This document shows, one piece after another, positions 17,726 to 27,393 of a stretch of DNA of 64,000 nucleotides (position 1 is its first letter; each line of letters opens with the position of its first letter). Position numbers and translations under genes: made by a program. Below the pieces are notes generated by a model, which did no database searches, was not told the origin of the DNA, and saw nothing but the letters and a program-made list of their open reading frames with translations. The DNA is from Candidatus Bathyarchaeia archaeon (GTDB taxonomy: Archaea; Thermoproteota; Bathyarchaeia; 40CM-2-53-6): NCBI GenBank assembly GCA_049517415.1, contig JBEKSC010000011.1, forward strand, positions 2,781 through 66,780, given 5' to 3'.

Positions 17726-19486
17726 TCAAGTCATACTGATGAGTTGTTTGGGAGTAAGAAGCCACAGCAGCGTCGCACACTTTCCAAGTTGCAGCTTCTC
17801 TACTTGAAGTTTACATAGCCCTCCTTTCTTCAGTAGTGGCCTCGCGCCTGCGCTACCCGAAGTCAATGTGGAGACTAAGGCACTTAATTGAGGATCATGT
17901 CCCACAAGTAACAGATTTCGACAAGATGAATACTTGTCCTGCAATGATCGGATCACTTCTTCCGGCAGAACCTCCGGTTTCAGTGCAGCTGTTGTTTGAA
18001 TCGATTCTCCCAGCCTATATTCGCGACCTACTACGAACGCGGTTTCCAGTGCTCGCCTGTACGGGCTTGTCAGGATAACATCAAACCTAACACCAAGACC
18101 GCGCATGCCCCGAGCGATTATACGCATCCTCTTCATGCCTTTCAAAGTTAACGGGCGGTCCGAATCTAACGGGTAGCCTAGGTCTCCGCGGGCGACTGCG
18201 ATCCCATGACGTAGAGCATAGAGTGTTTTCGAATCAGCAGTCTTAGAGATTGTTGAGTCGTGTAGGATGGGCTTCCAGATGTTCCCAAACTTAGGAATGG
18301 ATCTTAGAAAGCGTTGAGCCACATCCGTTTTTCGGCGTTCAAGATCTAACCAGATTTCAATCACAGCTCGCCGAGCGCCATCTTGTTTCCATTTGAATTC
18401 AACCAAGCTCTTCATCAGAACCTCAATGTCCTGGATCTTACCCATCATTCGCGCGAGCGATTGAGCGGCTCTTAGCTGCTTGCGTTCTATTGGAACCAAC
18501 GGTTGCAGCATTTCCAGCAGGTATCTGAACGGTTTGAACGCGATTCTTACGCTGTGAATCGTTGAATAATCAGCGATAGTGGCATATTCGAGTTTTCCGT
18601 TGACATTGTCAAATGAACGATCCACTGCATCGTTGACGATCTTACTGGCGGCGGATACGGCTATTGTGGCTCGCCGAGCAGCAAGCCGAACTTGCGCCCT
18701 GTTGATCGCGTTCTCAATGAATTTCGTGTTCGAGGACATCTTCTTGGCAGCGCTGAGGTGGTCGCTTTCTCTTTCGCGCAACCTATCGTAGAATTGTTTG
18801 ATTTCAGGTAATTGTTTCAGATAGCCGCGAATAGCAACCATTTCGACGTGAATATCTCTGAGATTGCTGAGCTCTGACAATTGCTCTTTGAGTGTAATGC
18901 GGGCTCTCCGGACAACATTATCCGGATTGAATCGTTCAACCAACTCAACACACGTCATGAGTCGCCTTATACTAACACGAAGATCGTGGACGTTCTTGAC
19001 CGACGCCTTATGCCGAAACTCCTGAAGACGTTTCAAGTAACCAATCCATTCATGATCCAACGTCCCTGAGATAAAATTCAACGCGTCGGGTACGCGTGCT
19101 CCTCGTCTCCGCGCTGGCAATCCACGATTACTAGGCATCCGTCCAGCCCGTTTAGCCGAGACTCGAAGAGATGAGCGCAACTTCCCAGGAAAGTTTTGCC
19201 TAAGACGATCTGTCAGAATGGTTTTCTTTGAAGTCCGTTGCGGTGCAATCTTCCGCCTGTTTATCTCTTTCTTTCCTGCATTCTTCCTTAGGCTTCTTTT
19301 GGAACGTTGTGCTTTGAGCGAATATCGCTTACTTCTAATCGCCTTCGAGAGTCGTTTGGGCTTTCTCCTGGACCGGGTTGTCATCTGTTCTCTCGCCTTC
19401 TTCCTTGAGGCTTGCGCTGAGCGTGGCCTCAAAGATGACGTATGTGACGTAGTTGACCTTCTTTTTCTCCTTGGGACTTCACTCAA
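17726..19486 (-). CDS. polybasic N-terminal tail + CHAD domain + SixA-type histidine phosphatase fusion
   Basis: 586 aa. The N-terminal stretch of about 140 aa is dominated by R/K/S. The middle is helical with VHDLRVSIRRLMTCVEL (CHAD-like). The C-terminus has LYALRHGIAVARGD...LTLKG...SPYRRALETA...VGHDP (SixA/His_Phos_1). Confidence 0.7.
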   Translation of the reverse strand: MSEVPRRKRRSTTSHTSSLRPRSAQASRKKAREQMTTRSRRKPKRLSKAIRSKRYSLKAQRSKRSLRKNAGKKEINRRKIAPQRTSKKTILTDRLRQNFPGKLRSSLRVSAKRAGRMPSNRGLPARRRGARVPDALNFISGTLDHEWIGYLKRLQEFRHKASVKNVHDLRVSIRRLMTCVELVERFNPDNVVRRARITLKEQLSELSNLRDIHVEMVAIRGYLKQLPEIKQFYDRLRERESDHLSAAKKMSSNTKFIENAINRAQVRLAARRATIAVSAASKIVNDAVDRSFDNVNGKLEYATIADYSTIHSVRIAFKPFRYLLEMLQPLVPIERKQLRAAQSLARMMGKIQDIEVLMKSLVEFKWKQDGARRAVIEIWLDLERRKTDVAQRFLRSIPKFGNIWKPILHDSTISKTADSKTLYALRHGIAVARGDLGYPLDSDRPLTLKGMKRMRIIARGMRGLGVRFDVILTSPYRRALETAFVVGREYRLGESIQTTAALKPEVLPEEVIRSLQDKYSSCRNLLLVGHDPQLSALVSTLTSGSAGARPLLKKGGLCKLQVEKLQLGKCATLLWLLTPKQLISMT

Positions 19487-19588
19487 CTCTCAACAGGCTC
19501 CCAAGTTAGCTACAGCTCTCCAACTCAAATCAGTTCCATGCAAGACGGATTTGCGTGCGCTTTCGGAATTTCCGATCTCGTAGGTTCA

Positions 19589-21106
19589 TCACCCTATCAG
19601 TAACTTCTTCTTGAATACCTTTTCGAATAGTCTGGAACGGTAACCCAAAGCCCATTTCTCAAGCAGCATGTCGCCCTGTCCTTTCAGACGCAAAATGATC
19701 TTCTTCTTACCCTTGACGAGCTTGAGCTCCTCTACTCTATTGGAATGTTCGCGGTCAAGCGCCTCCGCGAGTCTTAGGATGGCGGCCAACTTAGCCACTA
19801 TTTGACGTCGCTTGGGTGAAAGGTCAGTGAATTCCTTGTGGCTGGGTCTGGGGAATGATCGGGTGTGGTAGCGAGCTACATTCGCAACCATCGTTTTCTC
19901 CACGTCATCGAGTCCTATTATTGGTGAAGCGTTGATCAAATAGAATGAGTGCTTGTGGTGGTCCATCGGACCAATGAAGTAGCCGATATCATGTAACAAC
20001 GCTGCAACTTCAAGGAGCGTCCTTTCGTCATAACCCAACTTATGGAGTTTCTTTGTAGCGTCAAACAGTTCAACCGCGAAACGGGCGACGGTCAATGCAT
20101 GCTGCGCTTCGTAATCATACTTCCTTCCCAGCAATTTTGCGGAGATAATTACTTGGGTTCGGTGCAGTGGTCTTGCAGTGCTCTTCAGCCCTTCTGCCAT
20201 ATCGATTAGAAGTCCTTCTCTGACTCCGACGCGGGGGATTAGGATTTGCTGGACTCGTGCTTCTTTCGCGACGTTTTGGAGAACGATAGTAGCTGGAATG
20301 ATTACGTCTGCTCTGTCCGGTCGTAATCCGAAGTCTTTGATCCTGTCTTCATAAGACCGTGACTGTAGCTCTTTAAGAATTGAATCGAGCTCGTCCATGT
20401 TTACCGAAGTGTCATCTTTTCCATCGCACAATTGTACTCGTAAGTCGCCTAGGGATTCGACGTTGCCGCCCGTAGCGATGCATAAGTCTACTTTGCGTTC
20501 ACCGATTTCCTTTCGAAGGCGCGTACCTGAAACGTTGATGTACTCACGAACCAGCTGCCGAAAGACTCTTTCACCCCGCTTCTTCTGTTCCAGCATCTGC
20601 AATAGTCTGACAGTGCCAATGCCGAAGCTTTCGGTGGCAATTATCTCGCGTCCAGTTGCCAGGGTTATTTCAACGCTACCGCCGCCAATATCCACGAGGA
20701 GCGCCACCTTGCCTTCCAAGTTTACGGCTTTAGAAGTAGCTAGGTAAAGCAAGCGTGCTTCTTCTTCTCCGCTAATCGGCTCGATGGCTATCTCTGTCGC
20801 TTTGGTAATCTGATTTATGCAATAATCTCGATTCCGTGCTTCCCGGATAGCGCTCGTGCCCACCGCTTTCACTGACTTCACTTTGTGCTGGTTGATCAGT
20901 TTTCGAAATCTGAGGAACGCATCCATTGCTTCAACGAGTCGACTATCAGAAATCTCGCCTTTTGCGAACACATCGGCGCCTAGCCGCACTGCCTCCCGGT
21001 TAGTCTGAACTATGTGCAACCTACCCTCATCATCGGCTGAGGCTATCGCTAGCCGCATCGCGTTCGAACCGACATCAATTGCGGCAAGTTTCGGCAAACT
21101 ATGCAC
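19589..21106 (-). CDS. ppx: exopolyphosphatase / guanosine pentaphosphate phosphohydrolase family (Ppx/GppA)
   Basis: 505 aa. AAIDVGSNAMRLAIA and VDIGGGSVEI (ASKHA fold), with a C-terminal HD-like LLHDIGYFI...ARYHTR. Confidence 0.85.
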   Translation of the reverse strand: MHSLPKLAAIDVGSNAMRLAIASADDEGRLHIVQTNREAVRLGADVFAKGEISDSRLVEAMDAFLRFRKLINQHKVKSVKAVGTSAIREARNRDYCINQITKATEIAIEPISGEEEARLLYLATSKAVNLEGKVALLVDIGGGSVEITLATGREIIATESFGIGTVRLLQMLEQKKRGERVFRQLVREYINVSGTRLRKEIGERKVDLCIATGGNVESLGDLRVQLCDGKDDTSVNMDELDSILKELQSRSYEDRIKDFGLRPDRADVIIPATIVLQNVAKEARVQQILIPRVGVREGLLIDMAEGLKSTARPLHRTQVIISAKLLGRKYDYEAQHALTVARFAVELFDATKKLHKLGYDERTLLEVAALLHDIGYFIGPMDHHKHSFYLINASPIIGLDDVEKTMVANVARYHTRSFPRPSHKEFTDLSPKRRQIVAKLAAILRLAEALDREHSNRVEELKLVKGKKKIILRLKGQGDMLLEKWALGYRSRLFEKVFKKKLLIG

Positions 21107-21232
21107 TTCTAGCTAAATGGAGTTACGTAGGCAAGCCTTAGTTCTCTGTGGCTTTTGCTTATCAATGGTGTGCAAGCGGAATCTTACATTGACTATCGAG
21201 CTGCGGGATTGCAAGAAGTGCAACTCGTTTTA

Positions 21233-23632
21233 TCATGTTCTCATGCGTGTGCGGACGGTTCTATGATACCGAGCATACGATTCTCTTGGGCGTCTCCGGA
21301 GCGGGTGCCATGTCTTCCATACAACCGTTAGATTACGCCCGAAGGCTTTCTCAAGTGGTTCCTTTGTCTTCATGAGCGCCAGGTCTGCTGCGCGGGCGTC
21401 CCCTTTAGCTTCGCACTCTAGATCCATTCGTTTGGGCAGTACTCTTATGGCAATCTTCCTCACGATGCATTCAGTAGAATAGTTAAGCGCCTCCGCGACT
21501 CGTAGTATCGACGAGAGGACTGCGACTTTCTGCCTTTCAGCCCCACTAAGTAGTGCCAAGTTGAAATGATTCGCATCTGGAATTGCCTTCCGGTGGTATC
21601 TGACGATGCTTCCGATTATGTACCTCTCTCTGAACGTGAACGGGAGTTCGAGATCGTTCAATATCAGCCTAAGCGATAATTTGTGGTAACCCCTGTTGCT
21701 TCTTGAGAGTCCAATGTCGTGAAGGATCGCCGCGCATTCCAACCAGTAGCGTTCCTTTCTGCCAAGAGTGTGCAGTCGTCTCGTCTTGTCGAAAATCATT
21801 AGCGCTAGCTTTCTGCTCTGTTTTGCATGCGAATCGTCCGAAATGAATCGCCTTGCTATTCTCCTGACTTTGCCTATGGTCGAGCGGCTCCTCCACAGCT
21901 GCTTTTTTTCAAGCGCAACATCCAGCTCCTTGGCAGCATCGAGGGATACGCCTCGCAGTAGAACTTGAGCGAGGCTTTCGGGTAGCCCCATTTTTCTTAT
22001 CCCGTTAGCCACAGCTTCAACGTCATAGTTCACTCTTCGGAATTCTACGGAAAACGGATTGAATCTGAGTACAGCGTACTCCGCTCTGTAGCCACCGTCA
22101 GCGGGTCTACCGACGCTTCCTGGATTCACGAACGTGACTCCACCCACGTTCCTGTTCATTTGTATGTGGGAGTGCCCGGTGATAATTGCCTCAGCATTGG
22201 CTTTTGACGCGATCTCTTTGAGACGTTTGCTCGGTGTGTTTGGATATATGTGTTCGTCGACTGAATCGGGAGTCCCATGAGTGAGCAGTATCTTCCTGCC
22301 ACATATTTCGAGTCTCAGTTCCTTCGGGAGAGAGTGGAGGTAGGCTAGGTCGGACGGTGCCAGTTCCCTGAACGTGAACTGCATTATGCTGTTCTTCTCC
22401 AAGCTGAGATTATGTAACCCCTTCTCGAGGATTTCCAGATCGACGTTCCCAATCACGTTCAGAAACCTTGCAGAGCGGATAGCTTGGATCACTTGCTTTG
22501 GGTTGGGGCCGAAACCTACGGCGTCTCCCGCGTTGAGAAAAACATCGATTCCCGATCTCCTAGCATCCGCTACAACTGCCTTCAATGCGTCAAGATTACC
22601 ATGAATATCTGAGATAACAGCTACGGTCGGGTTATCACGGTTCAAGATTTCGCGGACGACATCGCTACTCGGTCCCGTTTCAGTTACCTGCCGTATGTTG
22701 TCGAAAAGCCCTTTCGCGACGGCATTGTCCCATAGTGAAACGAAATCCTTGTAGCGGGACTTCCTCATTTCTGCTGCGTGGTTTAGTACCTTACTCGTGC
22801 CGTATCTGGCATCGTCTGGAATGCCTTGCAGAGAGGCGGCAAACTCTTGAACCCATACAACATAGTCGTGGATCTCGCCTAGTACGTCTTGGAGCTGTTT
22901 CATTAGCGAGATTTGTTCTTTCAATTCTTCCTTGTAGATGGAAGAGAAGATTTCCATCGTGTATCTTAGCCGTTTTGCGGCTATTCTCAGTTCGTGATGC
23001 TTTACGGCTGCACTTTCATCATGGACGAACTGTTCAAGAGCTAGGACCTCGTCGAGTCTGCTCGATATGTGATCGCGAGCTTTCTCGTAGGTTGACGGTG
23101 TCTTGATGGCGGATTCGCTACGGTTTCGTTCGTGTGGCAGATTCCTCAGGATCGTCATGCTACTGGTGGAAATATCCGTCAGAATGTTGGAGCCATCTAG
23201 CGCGTCAAGGACGCTGACTACGTCGGACTGCATTCCAACCCTGCGTGCCTTTTGTAGCGTTATGAGGTATGTCAGTCCTGGTAAGGCGTTCCTATCTTCG
23301 ACGCTTCCTGAGTAGTTCTCCAAAAAGGTTAGTTGAACGTCTGCGTCTCTCGCTGCTCCCGAAGATCTGGTTACGTTTCTGATCCCCTTCATCCATTTCC
23401 TTGATGCTTTCTTTGGGAAGCATTCTTCGAAGAGACTGAGGGCCGCTCTCATCCTTCTTGAGGTGACCCTTAGTTTGTGCATGAATTCGATGTCATAGTT
23501 CTTCCTTACACCTTCCATCTGATTCTCAAGCGTCGCAATTTGACGTAATAGCGTGTCGGCGCCGAGCAGACAATAACCGTGGTCTTCATAGATTTCCGGA
23601 AGGTTGGGCTTTGACGCTTTCATGCCATGCAC
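21233..23632 (-). CDS. CHAD + calcineurin-like metallophosphoesterase + Ppx-C-terminal HD-like domain fusion
   Basis: 799 aa. The N-terminus has FMHKLRVTSRRMRAALSLF and HHELRIAAKRLRYTMEIF (CHAD). The centre has VAVISDIHGN, NAGDAVGFGP and ITGHSH (MPE motifs). The C-terminus has AILHDIGLS...VRYHRK. The start overlaps the ppk1 stop. Confidence 0.7.
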   Translation of the reverse strand: MHGMKASKPNLPEIYEDHGYCLLGADTLLRQIATLENQMEGVRKNYDIEFMHKLRVTSRRMRAALSLFEECFPKKASRKWMKGIRNVTRSSGAARDADVQLTFLENYSGSVEDRNALPGLTYLITLQKARRVGMQSDVVSVLDALDGSNILTDISTSSMTILRNLPHERNRSESAIKTPSTYEKARDHISSRLDEVLALEQFVHDESAAVKHHELRIAAKRLRYTMEIFSSIYKEELKEQISLMKQLQDVLGEIHDYVVWVQEFAASLQGIPDDARYGTSKVLNHAAEMRKSRYKDFVSLWDNAVAKGLFDNIRQVTETGPSSDVVREILNRDNPTVAVISDIHGNLDALKAVVADARRSGIDVFLNAGDAVGFGPNPKQVIQAIRSARFLNVIGNVDLEILEKGLHNLSLEKNSIMQFTFRELAPSDLAYLHSLPKELRLEICGRKILLTHGTPDSVDEHIYPNTPSKRLKEIASKANAEAIITGHSHIQMNRNVGGVTFVNPGSVGRPADGGYRAEYAVLRFNPFSVEFRRVNYDVEAVANGIRKMGLPESLAQVLLRGVSLDAAKELDVALEKKQLWRSRSTIGKVRRIARRFISDDSHAKQSRKLALMIFDKTRRLHTLGRKERYWLECAAILHDIGLSRSNRGYHKLSLRLILNDLELPFTFRERYIIGSIVRYHRKAIPDANHFNLALLSGAERQKVAVLSSILRVAEALNYSTECIVRKIAIRVLPKRMDLECEAKGDARAADLALMKTKEPLEKAFGRNLTVVWKTWHPLRRRPRESYARYHRTVRTRMRT

Positions 23633-25769
23633 CTCTGTTGTCGATCAACCAGCGCTGGGAGTCTATGATTTCCTCTCCGAGTAGCGGTCTAACTTTCTCG
23701 TATGTTCCGTCTGGAAGAAGACGCCTGGCCTTCACATTATCCCTCAGATGAATGTCGAGTATTTTCAGCATTGCGGATATGATTGCGCGATCGGGAACGG
23801 AAAAGAGCAACTCGACTCTCCTCTCAAGGTTTCTCGGCATCATATCGCTGCTTCCCAGCAGAACCTCCTCATCACCGCCGTTTCTGAAGTAGTATATTCT
23901 CGCGTGTTCAAGGAACCTGCCCACAATGGAGATGACGCGAATGTTTTCGCTCACACCAGAAATGCCAGGCCTCAGACAACAAAGTCCTCTTACGTTAAGG
24001 TCAACCTTAACGCCCGCTTGTGACGCTCTGTAGAGTGCCTGGATGATACTTTTGTCCACAAGTCCGTTCATCTTAAGCGCCAAGTAACCGTGACCATTCT
24101 CTTTGTGGTTTGTTGTCTCCCTCTCGATGCGGCTGAGTATCTCGTTCTTGAGAGATGTCGGAGCGACCAGCAGATACTTGTATTGGCCGGCCTTTCGAGG
24201 GTCAGTTATCAGCTTATGAAACAGATCTAAGACTTCTGCGCATATCTCAGGCTTGGCTGTGAGGTAGCCTATATCTCCGTAAATTCTTGTGGTCACGTTG
24301 TTGTAGTTTCCCGAGCCAAGATGCGCATACTGAACGAACTTACCGTCCTCTCTTCGAACTATTAACGCCAATTTGGCGTGAACCTTGATCTTGGGAAAGT
24401 TATAGACGACTTTCACTCCTGCTTGAGTCATCATCCTAGCCCATTTGATGTTGTTAGCTTCATCGAATTTCGCCTTCAACTCGATCAAGGCTGTCACAGA
24501 TTTTCCGTTCGCTGCCGCTTTCATCAGGGAGAATATGATGGGGGAATCCGGATCGATACGGTAGAGGGTGATGTAGATTTCAGTGACGTTGGGATCCGTA
24601 GCTGCCTCTGCTAGTAGGGTTACTATCATCTCGAAACTGTCATATGGGTGGTAGAGCGCGAAATCTTTCGCGGCTATAGCTGCGAAAGCAGATTTGCCCG
24701 ATTCCAATTCGGGCAGAACGTAACCTTTGAAAGGTGCATCCTTGAGGTTCGGCTTGTCCAGTTTGAGGAGCCGCCAGAAATCAACCAGCCCAAAGGGGCC
24801 TTCAACCTCATATTGCACGTCCTCAAGGCGTGGAACGCGGAATGAACCAACGCTACTCACTAGGTATTCACGTAAGTGTCGAGGCATAGAAGCCTCAAAC
24901 TCTAACCTCGCCGGCTTACCGTAGCGCCTCTGTCTAACGCTCAGTTCCATAGTTGTAAGAAAGTCGGCATTCTCGTCGGCCTTGGTATCAATCTCCGCAT
25001 TTCGCGTCACTCTGAACTTATAACATTCGCGGACTCGAACCGATGGAAATAACAGATCCAGGTTCGCGGCGACTAAATCCTCCAACAATACGAAATTGTT
25101 CTGTGTGGCATCACGAGCGTCATCGGAGTCAGGAACTCGGATGAAACGCCCAAAAGTATCAGTAGGCACCTCAACCATGAGCTTAGTTGAAGCTTCTTTC
25201 ATTCTCGGATCCTCTCCGACTACTAGCAAGTTGACATGTAGGTTGGAGATGTAACTCGCCACGTAATCTGCATCTGGCTTTTTCATGACCGGAAGTATTT
25301 CGTTCTGGAAATAGTCACGAAGCATTCGTTTCTTCTGCTTTGTCAGGTTGTTGGTTTTCTGTATTCGTATGTTTTCCTTGGCTAAGGCAGGAGAAAGCTC
25401 CTCCTCCCAACATTTTCTCTGCTTGGCGAGAAGCGGAAGAATCTCGCTTCTCGTAACCTGCATCTGCTCTAGCGGAGTCATGCGAGAGCCGGGAGTTGGC
25501 TCAAAGTCGCCTCTTTCAATTTGCTGCTCAAGGATGGACGCGCGGGTCATGAAGAATTCATCGAGATTACTCCCACTAATGGCGAGGAATTTCACGCGTT
25601 CAAGAATCGGGTGATGAGTATCCTGTGCTTCTTCGAGAACCCGGTAGTTGAAGCGTATCCAGCTAACCTCTCGATTGATGAAGAGCGCAGGATCATCCAG
25701 CGACTTACCTGCAGTACTTTGGTCGGCTATTTGAGTCGATGGGACTTGATTCAATAATCTCTCTGTCAT
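23586..25769 (-). CDS. ppk: polyphosphate kinase 1
   Basis: 727 aa. LFINREVSWIRFNYRVLEEA is the N-terminal signature, with a PLD-like HAKLALIV. Full-length PPK1 architecture. Confidence 0.9.
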   Translation of the reverse strand: MTERLLNQVPSTQIADQSTAGKSLDDPALFINREVSWIRFNYRVLEEAQDTHHPILERVKFLAISGSNLDEFFMTRASILEQQIERGDFEPTPGSRMTPLEQMQVTRSEILPLLAKQRKCWEEELSPALAKENIRIQKTNNLTKQKKRMLRDYFQNEILPVMKKPDADYVASYISNLHVNLLVVGEDPRMKEASTKLMVEVPTDTFGRFIRVPDSDDARDATQNNFVLLEDLVAANLDLLFPSVRVRECYKFRVTRNAEIDTKADENADFLTTMELSVRQRRYGKPARLEFEASMPRHLREYLVSSVGSFRVPRLEDVQYEVEGPFGLVDFWRLLKLDKPNLKDAPFKGYVLPELESGKSAFAAIAAKDFALYHPYDSFEMIVTLLAEAATDPNVTEIYITLYRIDPDSPIIFSLMKAAANGKSVTALIELKAKFDEANNIKWARMMTQAGVKVVYNFPKIKVHAKLALIVRREDGKFVQYAHLGSGNYNNVTTRIYGDIGYLTAKPEICAEVLDLFHKLITDPRKAGQYKYLLVAPTSLKNEILSRIERETTNHKENGHGYLALKMNGLVDKSIIQALYRASQAGVKVDLNVRGLCCLRPGISGVSENIRVISIVGRFLEHARIYYFRNGGDEEVLLGSSDMMPRNLERRVELLFSVPDRAIISAMLKILDIHLRDNVKARRLLPDGTYEKVRPLLGEEIIDSQRWLIDNRGAWHESVKAQPSGNL

Positions 25770-26305
25770 GTTCCTGTCTTCTTTCCTGAATAGTAATCGA
25801 TCAGGTCGAATGTTGTCCAGGATCTACATTCTTCTGGCTGGAATCCAAGAAGTTTGGCGTGCAGATGTATCACCTCGATATCCTTCCCCTCAATCTCCAA
25901 CAATTCTGGTATATGCGAATACTCCCCAGCGTACTTGTCTATGTCAACTTCAACTCCGCTTTTCAGTGTATAGCTGGTTCGGTGTTTCTCCATTCGCCAA
26001 GTTGAGACGAGGCCAATAGATTCGAGTATCAGGCACATTGTCTCAAAATCCGAGATTGAGACTTCGTACTCATTTCTAATCTTTGCCGAATGGCTCTCCA
26101 CGAACTTCTTGAATGTCAAAACAGTCTCGTCGCCAATTTTCCTGAGGCGCAAGAGGTTTCTTGCCCGCGTAATTGTATCATCTTGAAAGTCGAAAAACCA
26201 TGTCTCTACGTCACCATCGAAAGTCTTCGCAGCGCCTAGAGTTGCCAAGCTATCCTCAACTTTTTTTCTGTCAATTTCGATGATCTTGATCTCTATCTCT
26301 TTCAT
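25766..26305 (-). CDS. CYTH-domain protein (triphosphate tunnel metalloenzyme)
   Basis: Starts MKEIEIKIIEI (ExExK). The ATG at 26305 is preferred over the tracked upstream start at 26362. An ATGA overlap links it to the ppk1 start. Confidence 0.7.
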   Translation of the reverse strand: MKEIEIKIIEIDRKKVEDSLATLGAAKTFDGDVETWFFDFQDDTITRARNLLRLRKIGDETVLTFKKFVESHSAKIRNEYEVSISDFETMCLILESIGLVSTWRMEKHRTSYTLKSGVEVDIDKYAGEYSHIPELLEIEGKDIEVIHLHAKLLGFQPEECRSWTTFDLIDYYSGKKTGT

Positions 26306-26580
26306 GATATTGGAATTGATTTCGCATGGGTTAATCAGTTTCGGTGCTGACGCATAGCGCAAGAGGAGAGACGAGAGAGTGTGAGCATCCTAGCATCATT
26401 CGAGGTCATAAACAACCTAGAAGAAGGAGAGTTTGGGGTAGGAATTGGTTGAGATAATCGATCTGGGATAGTGAAACTGCAGTTCTCACATTGGCTCGTT
26501 AGTGGGACACGTTTGTCGGGATTGGGGAGCGAAAAGGGAAACAGTTAATCTTCTTGCACGGGCTCTCTTCGGTCATTTAG

Positions 26581-27390
26581 TTACTTGAGAACATACCGAG
26601 AGACGTTGAAAGAAGGTTTCGGAAATTTCATGTTTAAATCATCTAGTGTCTTGACAATGATGTGTGATACTGCAAGGTTTCTGAACCATTTCTTGTTTGA
26701 GGGGATGATATACCATGGCGCCCATGGAGTGCTGCAGTATCGGAGCACGTCTTCGTAAGCGTCCATGTAGTCGTTCCAGTACCTTCTCTCCTGGAAATCA
26801 TGTTGCGAGAGTTCCCACCATTTGGTGCGGTCTTCCAATCTTTGCTGGAAGCGCTTCTTCTGTTCTTCCCTACTGATATGCAAGTAGAACTTCAGTATCT
26901 TAACCTTGTTTTCGGCAAGGATCCTTTCGAAATTGTTGATCTCTCTGTAGCGTCTTGACCAGATGGATTCTGGCACGAGCTTGTGAACTCTTACTACTAG
27001 GACGTCTTCGTAGTGGGAACGGTTGAATATGCCTATCTCGCCTCGGTCGGGAATAGCGTTATGGATGCGCCATAGGAAGTCATGAGCTGCCTCTTCGACA
27101 GAAGGGGCCTTAAACGACGTAACGCGGCAACCTTGGGGATTTACTCCTGATATCACGTGGCGGATAGTTCCATCTTTTCCGGCTCCATCCATTCCTTGAA
27201 GGACAATGAGAAGTGAGTACGTCTTTGAAGCATAGAGCAGATATTGTAAGTCATCTAGCCGAGCAACAAGCTTCTGAAGCATCCTCTGCGACCCCTCATC
27301 GTTCTTCAATCCTAGAGTATCGTCTGGATCCAACTTGCTAAGCCTGTTTTTCTTCCCAGGGGCCACGAGTAGTCGGTTATGTATTTTCAT
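26581..27390 (-). CDS. ppk2: polyphosphate kinase 2 family (single-domain polyP:nucleotide phosphotransferase)
   Basis: 269 aa. LIVLQGMDGAGKDGTIRHV is a Walker A, plus PPK2 lid region motifs. Confidence 0.85.
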   Translation of the reverse strand: MKIHNRLLVAPGKKNRLSKLDPDDTLGLKNDEGSQRMLQKLVARLDDLQYLLYASKTYSLLIVLQGMDGAGKDGTIRHVISGVNPQGCRVTSFKAPSVEEAAHDFLWRIHNAIPDRGEIGIFNRSHYEDVLVVRVHKLVPESIWSRRYREINNFERILAENKVKILKFYLHISREEQKKRFQQRLEDRTKWWELSQHDFQERRYWNDYMDAYEDVLRYCSTPWAPWYIIPSNKKWFRNLAVSHIIVKTLDDLNMKFPKPSFNVSRYVLK

Positions 27391-27393
27391 CGC

